Below are positions 10,947 to 24,474 of a DNA stretch of 64,000 nucleotides, in pieces. Position 1 is the first letter of the stretch, and each line of letters begins with the position of its first letter. The position numbers were made by a program, and so were the translations under genes. The stretch comes from Chlorokybus atmophyticus. Taxonomy: Eukaryota > Plantae > Mesostigma and Chlorokybus algae. The stretch covers positions 913,387-977,386 of the forward strand of contig RHPI01000810.1 in NCBI GenBank assembly GCA_009103225.1, given 5' to 3'. Below the pieces are notes generated by a model. It did not search any database. It was not told the DNA's origin and was given only the letters and a program-made list of their open reading frames with translations.

Positions 10947-13900
10947 GAGAGCGGTTAACACTCTCTCTGGACTTTTGCACGCACACATGCCTTTGCCAAG
11001 AGTAGACTGGAGCAGCCAGCAGTATAGTGGAGAGAGCAGTGGCTGACAACTGCCCAGTGGCAAGGCGGGCACGTGCAGGGCTAATGTATGTAACACTTGT
11101 GTAAGTTATAGTGCCTCACGTAAGGAAAGCGTGCACCCGCGCCAAGGGTTGCTTGTAGGATTTTGTATATGGTGTAGTATACACATTTCAAGTACTTGTA
11201 AATGTTTCAGATAAGTGATCTCAAGTTTCTCCCTTTCACTTGAGAATATGCTGTACAAAAGAACGCCGGCGGCATTCACATGCAATGCGTATCAGTCGCT
11301 CGTTGTGCACACTGGATGACTTGCAGCACATGTTGCACAGCATCCAACTGCAGAACTGACATGAAGGGCAACTATGCGGAGGCTACGGAGAGATCGGTAC
11401 TAGAGCTTTTGGTAGAGTCCGAGGTCTTATGGCACATTGCTGTGCAGGTGGCGCATGGCTGCGGTCATCTGCACCCCCTGCCCCTGCTTTCCTGTCGCTC
11501 TTGTGTGACAAGATTGTGTTATGACAGTAGAGCCTTTCCTGCTGGATCAGCAACCGCAGTGCTGCAAAGCAACAGAAGTCATGCATGTTTGCATTGTCTG
11601 TTCCAGAGTTGCACCGCAGCCGTGATGATTGCGTGTTGCAGACCGCAAACAAGAGCACGAGTGCATTCCGCATACCACAACTACCTCTGAGCTCCCAGCG
11701 CACAACACCACATGGCAGGCTGTTAACAGCAATGACGCCACGCCACGCCACGCCAACGAATGATGCTGTAGAAACGAGGGCGCCGTCTGCCTGCTGCGAG
11801 CACTGCGCCCTGGTCAGCGGCTGCCTTGGCTGCGTCATGCTTTGCGCCTGAGACTGAGCTGGCGCTTGATCCAGGCACTGCAACAGAGAGCTAGATAGAA
11901 GCTGCCCGATCACAACACAAGTCAGTCACCGCAGCAGCGCAGGCGTACGTATCAGCTGACCAATGTCAGACAGATCAAAAGCGAGCAACGAATCAGGGTA
12001 CGTGTGTGTCTATGTCGTCACTGAAATGTCTTGCGGTGTGGCTGTGGCTGTTACCTGTGCTTAGCAACACGAGCATCGCCCAGAAATTGCCCCATGACGA
12101 AATGCAATTGGTTGTCGTGTGCAGCAGCAAAGCCACTGCCACTTCGAACAGAAGCCACGAGAGCACACAGTGACACTCGCGACTCCTTGACCCCAGAGAG
12201 CATGAACTGAAGTCCGAACGCAGTGTGTGTGTGAACTCGGCGCTCTCCCCAACCAGACGCCATCTGGGGGAGTTGTTTTGCGCTTGTGGGCCCGAACCAC
12301 CTCAGAGCGCCGCCGAGTTGGGATCCTCCAACATAGCAAAGCATGCTGATGGACTTGGTGACAGGCCCGATGTCCACATGCCGAGTGCTGTGCTCTCATC
12401 CTGAACACAAAGAGTACAAGGTCTGTACGCTCGCAGCAAGCTGGACCACGACTGACTCGACTTCGCTCGATGGTTTCATCCATCAATCGCAAGGCGACGA
12501 GAGGCTGCTTGCAATGGATACAAGCAAGCCAGGCTTTGTCATGCTCACTAGATCAAAATCGGGTATTTTGCCAGACGTGTTATGCATGGGCACGGGTGAG
12601 GAGTAGACAGGTCCTCTTCTTCGCGCACTGGTTCCTCGCCGTGTTCCAGTCAATATGCCCGTAATACATCAGTCGTTTGCATGCTCGTAAGGGATGCACT
12701 TGGGGATGCAGATCTCCTTCTGGCATAGCACGCAACAACTCTGAGTCCAGGGGTTGGTACCGCCAGGACAGCCTTCGTTGCGTGCGTAAGTGTCACATGA
12801 GAACAACAAATTGTTTTTATGTGTTGTGGCGTAAGTAAGTATGTAGGCTTATCTGAGTGGCAGATGCATAGCATAGGGCACAGCAGCAAGGCACCCACAT
12901 GCAGGGGGTAGGACTTTTATTCCACCAGGGGCCTACAGACTAACTATGTGCCAACTAAGTACATGTGAGTTGGGCGGAGGGATGGGCGAGGCAGGGCAGG
13001 GCAGGATGGCAAAGCAACCGTGTACATACCTGTAGCAACAGGTGCCCATATGTATGGGTGACCTGCACCTGCAATTATGCTCAGTGCGGTGCACACACAC
13101 TGAGCTTAATTGCAGGTCACCAAGAGAAAGGTACACCATGCGGCAGTGGCACCGGCACCGCCTCGGGTGAAGTGGGTTCCACCCGTAAGCCTTACTCAAC
13201 CTGAGGCAGCAGTCAATCTGACAGTACTTCTCTCCTCCACCCATGCGCAGATGAAACACTTGAACCTTCTCTCCCGTGCTTGTCGTGTTGGTCGGGTTGA
13301 GTACGACAACCAACCCTGAGCTTACCATTCGTGGCAACCGTGCCATAATCTCCCCGCCTCGTACTGGAAGTCTCCACGCTTTGTGAGCAAAGCCACGCAC
13401 GAGCAACAACCTGTTCCATTCCAGGTCGCCTACAAGCAGCATGAAGAAGCGAGAGCATTGTCGCAGTGCTGTCGCCTGCTTTCGCATCTGGCCTGGCGTT
13501 CAAGACGCGCACGACAGCGTGAAGGAGTGCTGCCCCAAACATGGTAGAGTACCACCCATATGTGCACCCTGCATCCTGAAGGGGTTGCAGAACAAAACCA
13601 AGTAGTAAACAAGCATACACGCGCACACAGCATCGATTTTCTATTGGAAACAGTGCAGCACAGAGCCCGAAAAGCAAAGCCAACCTTGATGGGTGTCGAG
13701 GTAGCGGCGTGTCGCCTGTATCTGCTGCTGCTGCGCGGGCAAGAGAGCAACGCATTCCTGTGACGTCACGTACAGTACACTGAGAGCGACGACTGAACCG
13801 GGCAGCGAAGATATCGGCCTGGGTGCACAGCAGCAGCAACACAAAGACGTCCTTTGTCATCAAAGGCCTCGCAAACTAGCGGCCTTGACTGGATGGACTG

Positions 13901-14804
13901 AATTCTAGGTCAACGGCTTGGTCGCCATCTGCGGCTGCTCGCAAATATCAAGCAAGCCGTCGCTCTAGTAGCTGGAAGATGTGTGGGCGAATTCACCTTT
14001 GCACCTCTGCACACAGCAGCAGAGTCCAACATGCGCAGGCTAATGCACTTGCATGCTCAAGCTCAGCTCGGGAAGCCAATCTTGTTCAAAGGTGGAACAG
14101 TCGCATGTGTACAAGGAATGTCCAAAAACTTCAGAGTATACTTGAGAAAAAGTCTCTTCTCTGTCTGGTCTGGTTAAGAAAAGCACAGCACCAAACAGCA
14201 CTCTGCAACGGCATCTGACTGACACCAGCGCACCCAAGCAAACATTCCGAGGAAGCGCAAGTGCAGAAAACCAACAGCGCCAGAGTGTAGGTTGGGCACT
14301 TGCTGTCGGCAAGGAGCAGGTGGGAAGCACTGCATTCAAACATTTGGGGATGCATTCATGAGTGCTGCACAGATCAGACACCTTGCACGCAACCGAGAAA
14401 CAATCACAGAGACATCGGTATATATCGCCATATAATATTACATCTGATTGGTGATACATCAGACTATACAGGGTAGCTGCGTCAGGTAGACTGGCAGCAC
14501 TAGCACAAGGCCGTGGCGGCGTGAAGAGACATAGCACTGCTACGGTAGGCAGTGGGCAATATAATTTGTCTCCATGTATATAGCCACGCAGCCGACGGCA
14601 CGTTATCTTGTAAGAATGTAGTTGCTGGTTGGGAATGGGGGCTTCTTTCTTCTAAGTTGAAGGTTCAGAGCAGCTCACGTGGAAGAGAGCAGTCGCGTAA
14701 AAATCGCGAGCACAATGTGTGGCTCGGCGGCGAACTGCGCTCTGTGGCGTCCATCCAAGCGCACTTTTTATCCATGAGCATAACGGGAATCAAATGCAAA
14801 AGAA

Positions 14805-17377
14805 TCAAGCCTGTGTGGCAGCGGCAGCAGCAGCGCTAGCAGCAACCGACTTCCCTGCTTCCTCACAGACATTGCGAAGCCTTATATTCTCCTTGATGAG
14901 AGAGCTGTTTTCGGATTCCAGCTCTTCAATGCGAAGAGTCTGTTCTGAATTCATCCTGCGCACGCCCAGACAAGCAAAGTACATGTACATGATAAGAATA
15001 GACATCAAGTAAACTCTGGCCATTCGTGAGCACAGACACGCAACCAGCTTGCTCATTCTCCTATGCCCGCCGACAGTGTACCGGTTCATAAAAGACAGAC
15101 GCATGGTCAAGCTTCTGTTCTCATTCTCCAGCTCTTCTAGTTTCTTGAATGTGGACGGATCCAGAACTCGTGTTGTGCCATTGGTCTTGTCTTGCTTGGC
15201 AGCAGACCTGGTGCATGACACAAGTCAAGGTGTGAATCAACCACGCATCCTGACATGCTTTGGGTTTCCAACAAAGCAAGGGCCGTAGCCGAGGGGTACC
15301 CACGCAATGCGAACGAGGCCAAGGATTAACACATGTGTGCTACCATTGTATGGAGATACAGTGGCTATGGCCACCCTGGACAATGCTGGTACCTTTGATT
15401 TCGTCGTTCTTCCCTTCGCACCCGAGCTGGGTTTACTGTAATACACTCTGAAGTGCTGCGCCGGACAAGGGAGGCAGACTTGGTCTTGAGAGTGCCTGGA
15501 AGTGACACGCACTGCAGGTAAGCTTACATTGTCTAACATGCCACAGAACCACCACCAACACAAACACAGCTCATTGCAAGCAACCATCACCATTGGTTGC
15601 AGGAGGAGTGCCGAGACGCCCGTTTTTTGGCACAGCATGACCATTGACACCATTGACACCATGACAACCAGCACCGTTGATGTTGCTCATAGAAGCTGCC
15701 TTTGTCAATCCACCGGGCTTGGGCATACCAGCAGTGGCAAGTCGCAGTTTGACTGTCTCAAGAGGAGAACTCTACATCATCAAGGTACATGAGTTCAGCG
15801 GGACAATTTGAGACTCAACTAGCACATCAAATCTTGTCACTGTACGCCATGCGTGTTTGTCATACCTGCTCCCACTCTAGGACAGCCGCCATATCTGGAG
15901 AGGAACCTGTTGTCACCGTCGTGCCAATACCTACAACGACACAGGTATTAGACAATGACAGTTGCAATCCCTGTCGTTGATTGACACACACTCACACACT
16001 GCAAGGGCAAGACACACAATGATGGAAAGTAGTTGCCATGGGCATCGAAAAGTAGAGCAAAGTGAGAAGGTCAACCACTTTAACGCGGGGACCTGGGTGA
16101 TTCGGCGCCACATCCATGCCCATCAAGTATGAAGCAGTGAACGCGGCCACGCGCAGCTACGTAATACGCAAGCAAAAGGTCGAGCACACTCGGTCAGGAT
16201 AAAGCCCACGCAAGCATGGCAGGGCAGGGCAGGCCGCACATACAGCAACGCAACAAATGGCAGCAGCAAACATCCATGCAATTCCACTCACTCTGTAGTC
16301 TTTGAAGAGCCCCCGAGGCTGTTGCGCGTCGTTTGGCAAGGCGTACGATACCTGCCCCATCAGACTGACTCCGTTTAATAATATTTGTACGCACAATGCG
16401 CGCGTCCAATGCAGAGCTGACAGTTCTTGTGTCCTGCAGCAAAGCGTCGATGGCTGTGGCAGATAACGACGGAGAATCCAGCATGGGTGACCTTTCGATC
16501 CCGGCAGGATCCTCGACAACCGACACCTTCGTGTCTTCGCTTCGGCTGAAAGATGCCCACCACATCAGTGTTGTGCAACCACCAAGGATTGTCGTGCGAA
16601 TGGCCATGTGCTAGTTACCACAACAAATGTTGACAGTATGCACCTGCGTAGATTGTCAAGGACTTCTTGTAGGGCATCATTCCCTGTTGTTGCAGACACA
16701 GCAGGTGCGGCTGCCATGATGGCAGAGGCAGCAGCGATTGCTGCGGAGGATGCCATTCCAGCTTGTATAAAACCCAGAGGAGGGGCCGACTGCAAAGTGC
16801 TGTCTGCTGTGTTGAAGGTTGCTGACCCAGCCAGCACCTGGCTGCCAACTATGGCTACTGCAGGGACAGTGGCTGGTAATTGCTGCGCTCCAGCCACGGC
16901 CATGCCACCAGAGAAAAGAGCGGCTGAAGGCACTGCTCCTGTTATTGCTTGTGGAGACGGCGAACTGATTATCTCCATTGGCTGACCAGTCGCTAAACTG
17001 GATGACAAAACTAGAGGTGGCACAGTGGCCACACTCGCGGCAAAAAGGGGCGCTTGGCCAGCAGGCGAGCCAGTGACAGGAATGCTCGTTGGGAAAACGG
17101 TAGCAGCAGCTGGAGGAGATGAACTCAACACACCGCTCACAGAGGTGGCAGACACCAGTTGGCTGTCGCTATCTGTGACTGCGGCTGACACCACTGGCGT
17201 GAATGTCTGCGCTGTGCCGCACTCTTGACTTTCGGTCTCCATGGCGGACGATGACATGCTCGATTCAGGTAGCTGCGATCCCCCCTGCCCTCGTGCACTA
17301 TCCAGTGAAGCAGCCCTGCAGGACGAAAGGTCAAACAGGGAAAAAGCGCACTGGCAGCTTGCATCAGTGCAATGCAA
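14805..17377 (-). CDS. Multi-exon gene of unknown function: Ser/Ala/Thr-rich low-complexity exon and C-terminal coiled coil; exon structure only partly resolved
   Basis: Long ORF 16565-17377 with a donor at CGCAG|GTGCAT. Frame-compatible acceptor and donor pairs near 16545, 16156, 15930 and 15855. ORF 14805-15221 has EELENENRSL / EELESENSSLIKEN heptads. No family recognised. Confidence 0.45.
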
Positions 17378-18403
17378 GCTGCCCTAAGCACTGCACGCCC
17401 TGATTGCTACTTTGTGCAGGTACCAGCAAATCAATGCTCAATGCCTTCGTGCTGCATTCTCACGGCGGCGTCAGTCGACCGACATGACATGTCGCTGTAC
17501 GTGCTTTTTCTCACTAGTTGAAACATTTGCAAGAAGCCAAAGCACTGTTTATCTTACATGCCCGGACGCACTTCCGCTGCTGGCGCCTCCCCCGTCGGCT
17601 CCATCGCCTGAGACAGCACGCTCTGCATGACTGCGTTGAGCTCGCGAGCGGCCGTTTCCAACCCATCCCTGAAAAAAACAACGCAAGCCCGTTTAGCATC
17701 CTCTCCGTCCATACAGCCGCGCTCGTGCAGTCTATTGTTAACCACAATGGGTGTAAAAACTGACCCTTGCACGTCGCACGTCATGGTGGTGAAACTCTGG
17801 CTGTGAGCTGTTGTTCCTTCTCCAGTCCAGTAGCCCGTGTTGAGACTCTTGGCGCATGACGCCGGGCAGCCGGACAACGAACCAGACCACCCGCTCACCG
17901 GCGCCCCTGGCCCTCGCCCTGGGCTTTGCCTCGCCTGCCCTCTCCTCCTCCTCCTCCTGCCAGCTTGCCGCCAGCCACTGGGCCGACCAATGCGGGCGGC
18001 TCTCCCACCCACCGATGGTACTCCCTACGCACGCACGGGGCTACACCCGGGCGCATTAGGGTTTCGCTCCATTCCATACATGAGACGCGCCATACAGGCG
18101 GTTGGGCGGTTCTGATGACGGGGGCGTCAGAAAAGCCCAGTCGATATAAACGGCAACGTTCTTACAACCATTGTGGTGCCATCTTTATGTAAGGGCCCTT
18201 GGGATTGTGTGTCATCGAGGTCACCTCTCGTCGACACCTTCAATCTAGCACGCGTGACCATTGCGAACGACTTCATTCATTGTGAGCACGCCTCGTGCTT
18301 GAATCGAAGGAAGCTTCCACATTTATACACATACACATGCATCTTCAAAAGCACAATTCTATGCCAGTATGTACAGTTATTGATGAGGTGTATCATATAC
18401 ATG

Positions 18404-18443
<40 letters not shown>

Positions 18444-18671
18444 TATATACATATGTATATGTATAAATACATACGCATATATGTGCATATATATACATAT
18501 ATACACAAATGTGGCTTCATGTGTGCATATGTATATATACATGCGCATATATACATATATACATACATGTGTGCAAATACATATAAATATAATATGCATA
18601 CGTATATATAAATGTGTGCAATTATATATAAATACACTATGTACATACACACACGTATATATATGCACATA
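18404..18671. repeat. (CA)n plus degenerate (TA/TACA)n compound microsatellite
   Basis: Directly visible; also at about 22088-22355, 22691-22985 and 23255-23325. Confidence 0.95.
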
Positions 18672-19006
18672 CCGTACTTACCCGTTCGCAGTGCCCCCCT
18701 TCCAACATAGTGCCCCCCCCCACCCCCCCACCCCAAAGAATTTGTAGGGGGGTAAGTGTAATCGAGGGGCACTTTATTCGGAAGGGGGCATTTTATTAGA
18801 TCACGATTACGCTGACCAACCGTATTATAACACAAAAAAATACCAAACATGACCGTACACAAGTGTAACCCACATTACATGGGTAACCCTACAGCAGGGG
18901 GGCACTGCATACGGGAAGGGGGCATAACATCCTAACAGCGTGCCCCCCTTTACAATCTAAGGGGGTATTTTTAATAGGGGGGGCACTTATCATGGGGTAC
19001 ATACGG
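18672..19006. mobile_element. Tc1/mariner-pogo-like MITE in a TA-rich tract (copy at 22356-22690)
   Basis: Imperfect terminal inverted repeats CCGTACTTACCCG...AGTGCCCCCC / GGGGGGCACTT...GGGGTACATACGG, internal AAGGGGGCA sub-repeats, TA-rich flanks, no ORF. Confidence 0.6.
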
Positions 19007-19022
19007 CATATATGCATATATN

Positions 19023-22000
19023 GCTACCATTGTATGGAGATACAGTGGCTATGGCCACCCTGGACAATGCTGGTACCTTTGATTTCGTCGTTCTTCCCTT
19101 CGCACCCGAGCTGGGTTTACTGTAATACACTCTGAAGTGCTGCGCCGGACAAGGGAGGCAGACTTGGTCTTGAGAGTGCCTGGAAGTGACACGCACTGCA
19201 GGTAAGCTTACATTGTCTAACATGCCACAGAACCACCACCAACACAAACACAGCTCATTGCAAGCAACCATCACCATTGGTTGCAGGAGGAGTGCCGAGA
19301 CGCCCGTTTTTTGGCACAGCATGACCATTGACACCATTGACACCATGACAACCAGCACCGTTGATGTTGCTCATAGAAGCTGCCTTTGTCAATCCACCGG
19401 GCTTGGGCATACCAGCAGTGGCAAGTCGCAGTTTGACTGTCTCAAGAGGAGAACTCTACATCATCAAGGTACATGAGTTCAGCGGGACAATTTGAGACTC
19501 AACTAGCACATCAAATCTTGTCACTGTACGCCATGCGTGTTTGTCATACCTGCTCCCACTCTAGGACAGCCGCCATATCTGGAGAGGAACCTGTTGTCAC
19601 CGTCGTGCCAATACCTACAACGACACAGGTATTAGACAATGACAGTTGCAATCCCTGTCGTTGATTGACACACACTCACACACTGCAAGGGCAAGACACA
19701 CAATGATGGAAAGTAGTTGCCATGGGCATCGAAAAGTAGAGCAAAGTGAGAAGGTCAACCACTTTAACGCGGGGACCTGGGTGATTCGGCGCCACATCCA
19801 TGCCCATCAAGTATGAAGCAGTGAACGCGGCCACGCGCAGCTACGTAATACGCAAGCAAAAGGTCGAGCACACTCGGTCAGGATAAAGCCCACGCAAGCA
19901 TGGCAGGGCAGGGCAGGCCGCACATACAGCAACGCAACAAATGGCAGCAGCAAACATCCATGCAATTCCACTCACTCTGTAGTCTTTGAAGAGCCCCCGA
20001 GGCTGTTGCGCGTCGTTTGGCAAGGCGTACGATACCTGCCCCATCAGACTGACTCCGTTTAATAATATTTGTACGCACAATGCGCGCGTCCAATGCAGAG
20101 CTGACAGTTCTTGTGTCCTGCAGCAAAGCGTCGATGGCTGTGGCAGATAACGACGGAGAATCCAGCATGGGTGACCTTTCGATCCCGGCAGGATCCTCGA
20201 CAACCGACACCTTCGTGTCTTCGCTTCGGCTGAAAGATGCCCACCACATCAGTGTTGTGCAACCACCAAGGATTGTCGTGCGAATGGCCATGTGCTAGTT
20301 ACCACAACAAATGTTGACAGTATGCACCTGCGTAGATTGTCAAGGACTTCTTGTAGGGCATCATTCCCTGTTGTTGCAGACACAGCAGGTGCGGCTGCCA
20401 TGATGGCAGAGGCAGCAGCGATTGCTGCGGAGGATGCCATTCCAGCTTGTATAAAACCCAGAGGAGGGGCCGACTGCAAAGTGCTGTCTGCTGTGTTGAA
20501 GGTTGCTGACCCAGCCAGCACCTGGCTGCCAACTATGGCTACTGCAGGGACAGTGGCTGGTAATTGCTGCGCTCCAGCCACGGCCATGCCACCAGAGAAA
20601 AGAGCGGCTGAAGGCACTGCTCCTGTTATTGCTTGTGGAGACGGCGAACTGATTATCTCCATTGGCTGACCAGTCGCTAAACTGGATGACAAAACTAGAG
20701 GTGGCACAGTGGCCACACTCGCGGCAAAAAGGGGCGCTTGGCCAGCAGGCGAGCCAGTGACAGGAATGCTCGTTGGGAAAACGGTAGCAGCAGCTGGAGG
20801 AGATGAACTCAACACACCGCTCACAGAGGTGGCAGACACCAGTTGGCTGTCGCTATCTGTGACTGCGGCTGACACCACTGGCGTGAATGTCTGCGCTGTG
20901 CCGCACTCTTGACTTTCGGTCTCCATGGCGGACGATGACATGCTCGATTCAGGTAGCTGCGATCCCCCCTGCCCTCGTGCACTATCCAGTGAAGCAGCCC
21001 TGCAGGACGAAAGGTCAAACAGGGAAAAAGCGCACTGGCAGCTTGCATCAGTGCAATGCAAGCTGCCCTAAGCACTGCACGCCCTGATTGCTACTTTGTG
21101 CAGGTACCAGCAAATCAATGCTCAATGCCTTCGTGCTGCATTCTCACGGCGGCGTCAGTCGACCGACATGACATGTCGCTGTACGTGCTTTTTCTCACTA
21201 GTTGAAACATTTGCAAGAAGCCAAAGCACTGTTTATCTTACATGCCCGGACGCACTTCCGCTGCTGGCGCCTCCCCCGTCGGCTCCATCGCCTGAGACAG
21301 CACGCTCTGCATGACTGCGTTGAGCTCGCGAGCGGCCGTTTCCAACCCATCCCTGAAAAAAACAACGCAAGCCCGTTTAGCATCCTCTCCGTCCATACAG
21401 CCGCGCTCGTGCAGTCTATTGTTAACCACAATGGGTGTAAAAACTGACCCTTGCACGTCGCACGTCATGGTGGTGAAACTCTGGCTGTGAGCTGTTGTTC
21501 CTTCTCCAGTCCAGTAGCCCGTGTTGAGACTCTTGGCGCATGACGCCGGGCAGCCGGACAACGAACCAGACCACCCGCTCACCGGCGCCCCTGGCCCTCG
21601 CCCTGGGCTTTGCCTCGCCTGCCCTCTCCTCCTCCTCCTCCTGCCAGCTTGCCGCCAGCCACTGGGCCGACCAATGCGGGCGGCTCTCCCACCCACCGAT
21701 GGTACTCCCTACGCACGCACGGGGCTACACCCGGGCGCATTAGGGTTTCGCTCCATTCCATACATGAGACGCGCCATACAGGCGGTTGGGCGGTTCTGAT
21801 GACGGGGGCGTCAGAAAAGCCCAGTCGATATAAACGGCAACGTTCTTACAACCATTGTGGTGCCATCTTTATGTAAGGGCCCTTGGGATTGTGTGTCATC
21901 GAGGTCACCTCTCGTCGACACCTTCAATCTAGCACGCGTGACCATTGCGAACGACTTCATTCATTGTGAGCACGCCTCGTGCTTGAATCGAAGGAAGCTT

Positions 22001-22087
22001 CCACATTTATACACATACACATGCATCTTCAAAAGCACAATTCTATGCCAGTATGTACAGTTATTGATGAGGTGTATCATATACATG

Positions 22088-22124
<37 letters not shown>

Positions 22125-22696
22125 CTATATATACATATGTATATGTATAAATACATACGCATATATGTGCATATATATACATATATACACAAATGTGGCT
22201 TCATGTGTGCATATGTATATATACATGCGCATATATACATATATACATACATGTGTGCAAATACATATAAATATAATATGCATACGTATATATAAATGTG
22301 TGCAATTATATATAAATACACTATGTACATACACACACGTATATATATGCACATACCGTACTTACCCGTTCGCAGTGCCCCCCTTCCAACATAGTGCCCC
22401 CCCCCACCCCCCCACCCCAAAGAATTTGTAGGGGGGTAAGTGTAATCGAGGGGCACTTTATTCGGAAGGGGGCATTTTATTAGATCACGATTACGCTGAC
22501 CAACCGTATTATAACACAAAAAAATACCAAACATGACCGTACACAAGTGTAACCCACATTACATGGGTAACCCTACAGCAGGGGGGCACTGCATACGGGA
22601 AGGGGGCATAACATCCTAACAGCGTGCCCCCCTTTACAATCTAAGGGGGTATTTTTAATAGGGGGGGCACTTATCATGGGGTACATACGGCATATA

Positions 22697-22705
<9 letters not shown>
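19023..22705. repeat. Second copy of the 3.68-kb duplication (probable unmerged contig overlap or allelic copy)
   Basis: Identical translations; the only difference I noticed is inside the CA/TA microsatellite. Confidence 0.95.
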
Positions 22706-22734
<29 letters not shown>

Positions 22735-23433
22735 CATGTATGTATATATATATACATATATGTATATGTATATATATATACATGCGCATATATATACATA
22801 TATATACATGTGTGCATGTATATATATGTGATAAAATTTACATATATATACACATATATATACAAATGTATATGTATATGAGATACATACATGTACATAC
22901 ATGTGTATATATATGTGTGTATATAGATACTTATGTATATAGGTATATATGTGTATATATATATATGTATATATATCTGTGTGTACCGTAATGACCAAAA
23001 ATTTACGCATGCAGACAACCTTTTAACCCATTAAAACTGTGTCTATGCGGTTATATTTGATCGCACTAGCAGTCCAACTAACGCCAAAAACCAGCCGCTG
23101 GAGGGCGCCAATTGGTCAGATGCATTGATCTGCTAGCGGAAAGTGTGAAAGCGCTTCGCGCGCGGGTAACGTACATCTGAATCAGACTGTGAGACGGCGT
23201 ACGAAGTGAAACTAATAAACGACATTCAAAAGTATACATATAAAGTTTTTGGCATTATAATATATGTATATATATATATGAATATAGATGGATATATGTA
23301 TATGTGTATATATTTGTATATACATACTATACTTTCCCCAACACAGTCCCCTCTCCGAACACAGTCCCCCTCGACAAATTCAAGGGGGACTGTGTTTAAA
23401 CCTTAGAGGCCCCCCCCCCCCCCCCCCCCCCCC

Positions 23434-23464
23434 NNNNNNNNNNNNNNNNNNNNNNNNNNNNNNN
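23434..23464. other. Assembly gap flanked by poly-C/poly-G
   Basis: Run of N; other gaps at 44537-45487 and 57206-57413. Confidence 0.95.
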
Positions 23465-24141
23465 GGGGGTGGGGGGGTAGGTGCGTGTGGGTGCGTGTGG
23501 ATGCGTGCGTGCATGCGCGTGTGGGTGCGCGTGAGTGCTTGTGCAAGCAAATTACACATTGGTAGCAACAAAACACAACACCAACAATCTCTCACTACTC
23601 AAGGTCCGTCGCAAATTTATATGGCGACTGATTAAGGATTGAGGGACTAACGGGTGCCTGAGCCTGCCTGAAATGTTACTTTTGGACTGTTGGGTTTGCC
23701 ATTGGCTTATGTGAACTGACGCAGACGGCCGCGGGCTGAAAGTGGTTGGCAGTGGCACTGATCGGCCGAGAGTTGTCAACTGATACCCTTTGGTCAATGT
23801 GCACAGACGGCCGTAAGCCGTTAGCCGGTAGTCACGGACAGCTGACATCAATAGCCGGCAGTTTCCTTGCCGTTACATTGCTGTTAATATGTGACCCTTA
23901 CCGTTTGGCAAAAGTTGGCAATTTTTGCCGTAAGCCCACACTAACATGCCATGCAGCTTGTACAAACCTCTGGACTGATTGTTTGATCTTGCAGCTATAA
24001 GCCCACAATATAGACAATGTACCGGCAGTGGTGAGAGTATGTCCACTTGATACTGAGCAGCCGACTTGCGCACGAAACTACCTACAACATTGAGTCTAGC
24101 TGTCGCACTCATGCGCAGCTTGTCAACCCGTGGTGCCTGCC

Positions 24142-24474
24142 TCAGAGCTCCTCCTCAACCCTCTCCTGTTGTCCTTCCTCCGACAAGTCTTTTGCTTCAA
24201 CATCGGAGTCATCTTCTGCCTCGCTCGCTGACAATACAGCAGATACTTCGTCCTTCAGCTTGAATGTCAGCACCTCGCCGTGCATGCGCATGCGCTTGAT
24301 GGTCGCTTTAAGAGTGACCACGTGCATTTGGTAATGCTGTAAGAGCGGCGTGCTGCCAGAGGACTAGCCCATCAGCATACACATGCTTACCTCGTCTTCC
24401 GCTTTGTTGCACTCCGCCAGGCAGATAGTCAGCCTGCCGCGCTCCTCTTGGTTCACTCTGACCAACATGGCAAT
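24142..24474 (-). CDS. Last two exons of an unknown spliced gene divergent from the transposase; acidic C-terminus
   Basis: TTGCAG|ATT GCC...GAC GAG|GTAAGC and TTACAG|CAT TAC CAA ATG join in phase 0, giving IAMLVRVNQEERGRLTICLAECNKAEDE-HYQMHVVTLKATIKR...EEDSDVEAK-like acidic tail. Confidence 0.55.

Larger units (their letters stand above)
15339..19021. repeat. First copy of a 3.68-kb near-perfect direct duplication
   Basis: ORF track repeats with a constant offset of 3684; second copy starts right after the single N at 19022. Confidence 0.95.

Noticed and set aside
18277-18862. His/Thr/Tyr/Ile-rich ORFs here and at 21961-23018 and 44175-45842
   Set aside because: Translations of microsatellites or N runs, not proteins.
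9627-23170. Shared CGCGCGCGGGTAAC at about 9627 and 23157 as a promoter motif
   Set aside because: Only two occurrences of a low-complexity 14-mer; insufficient support.
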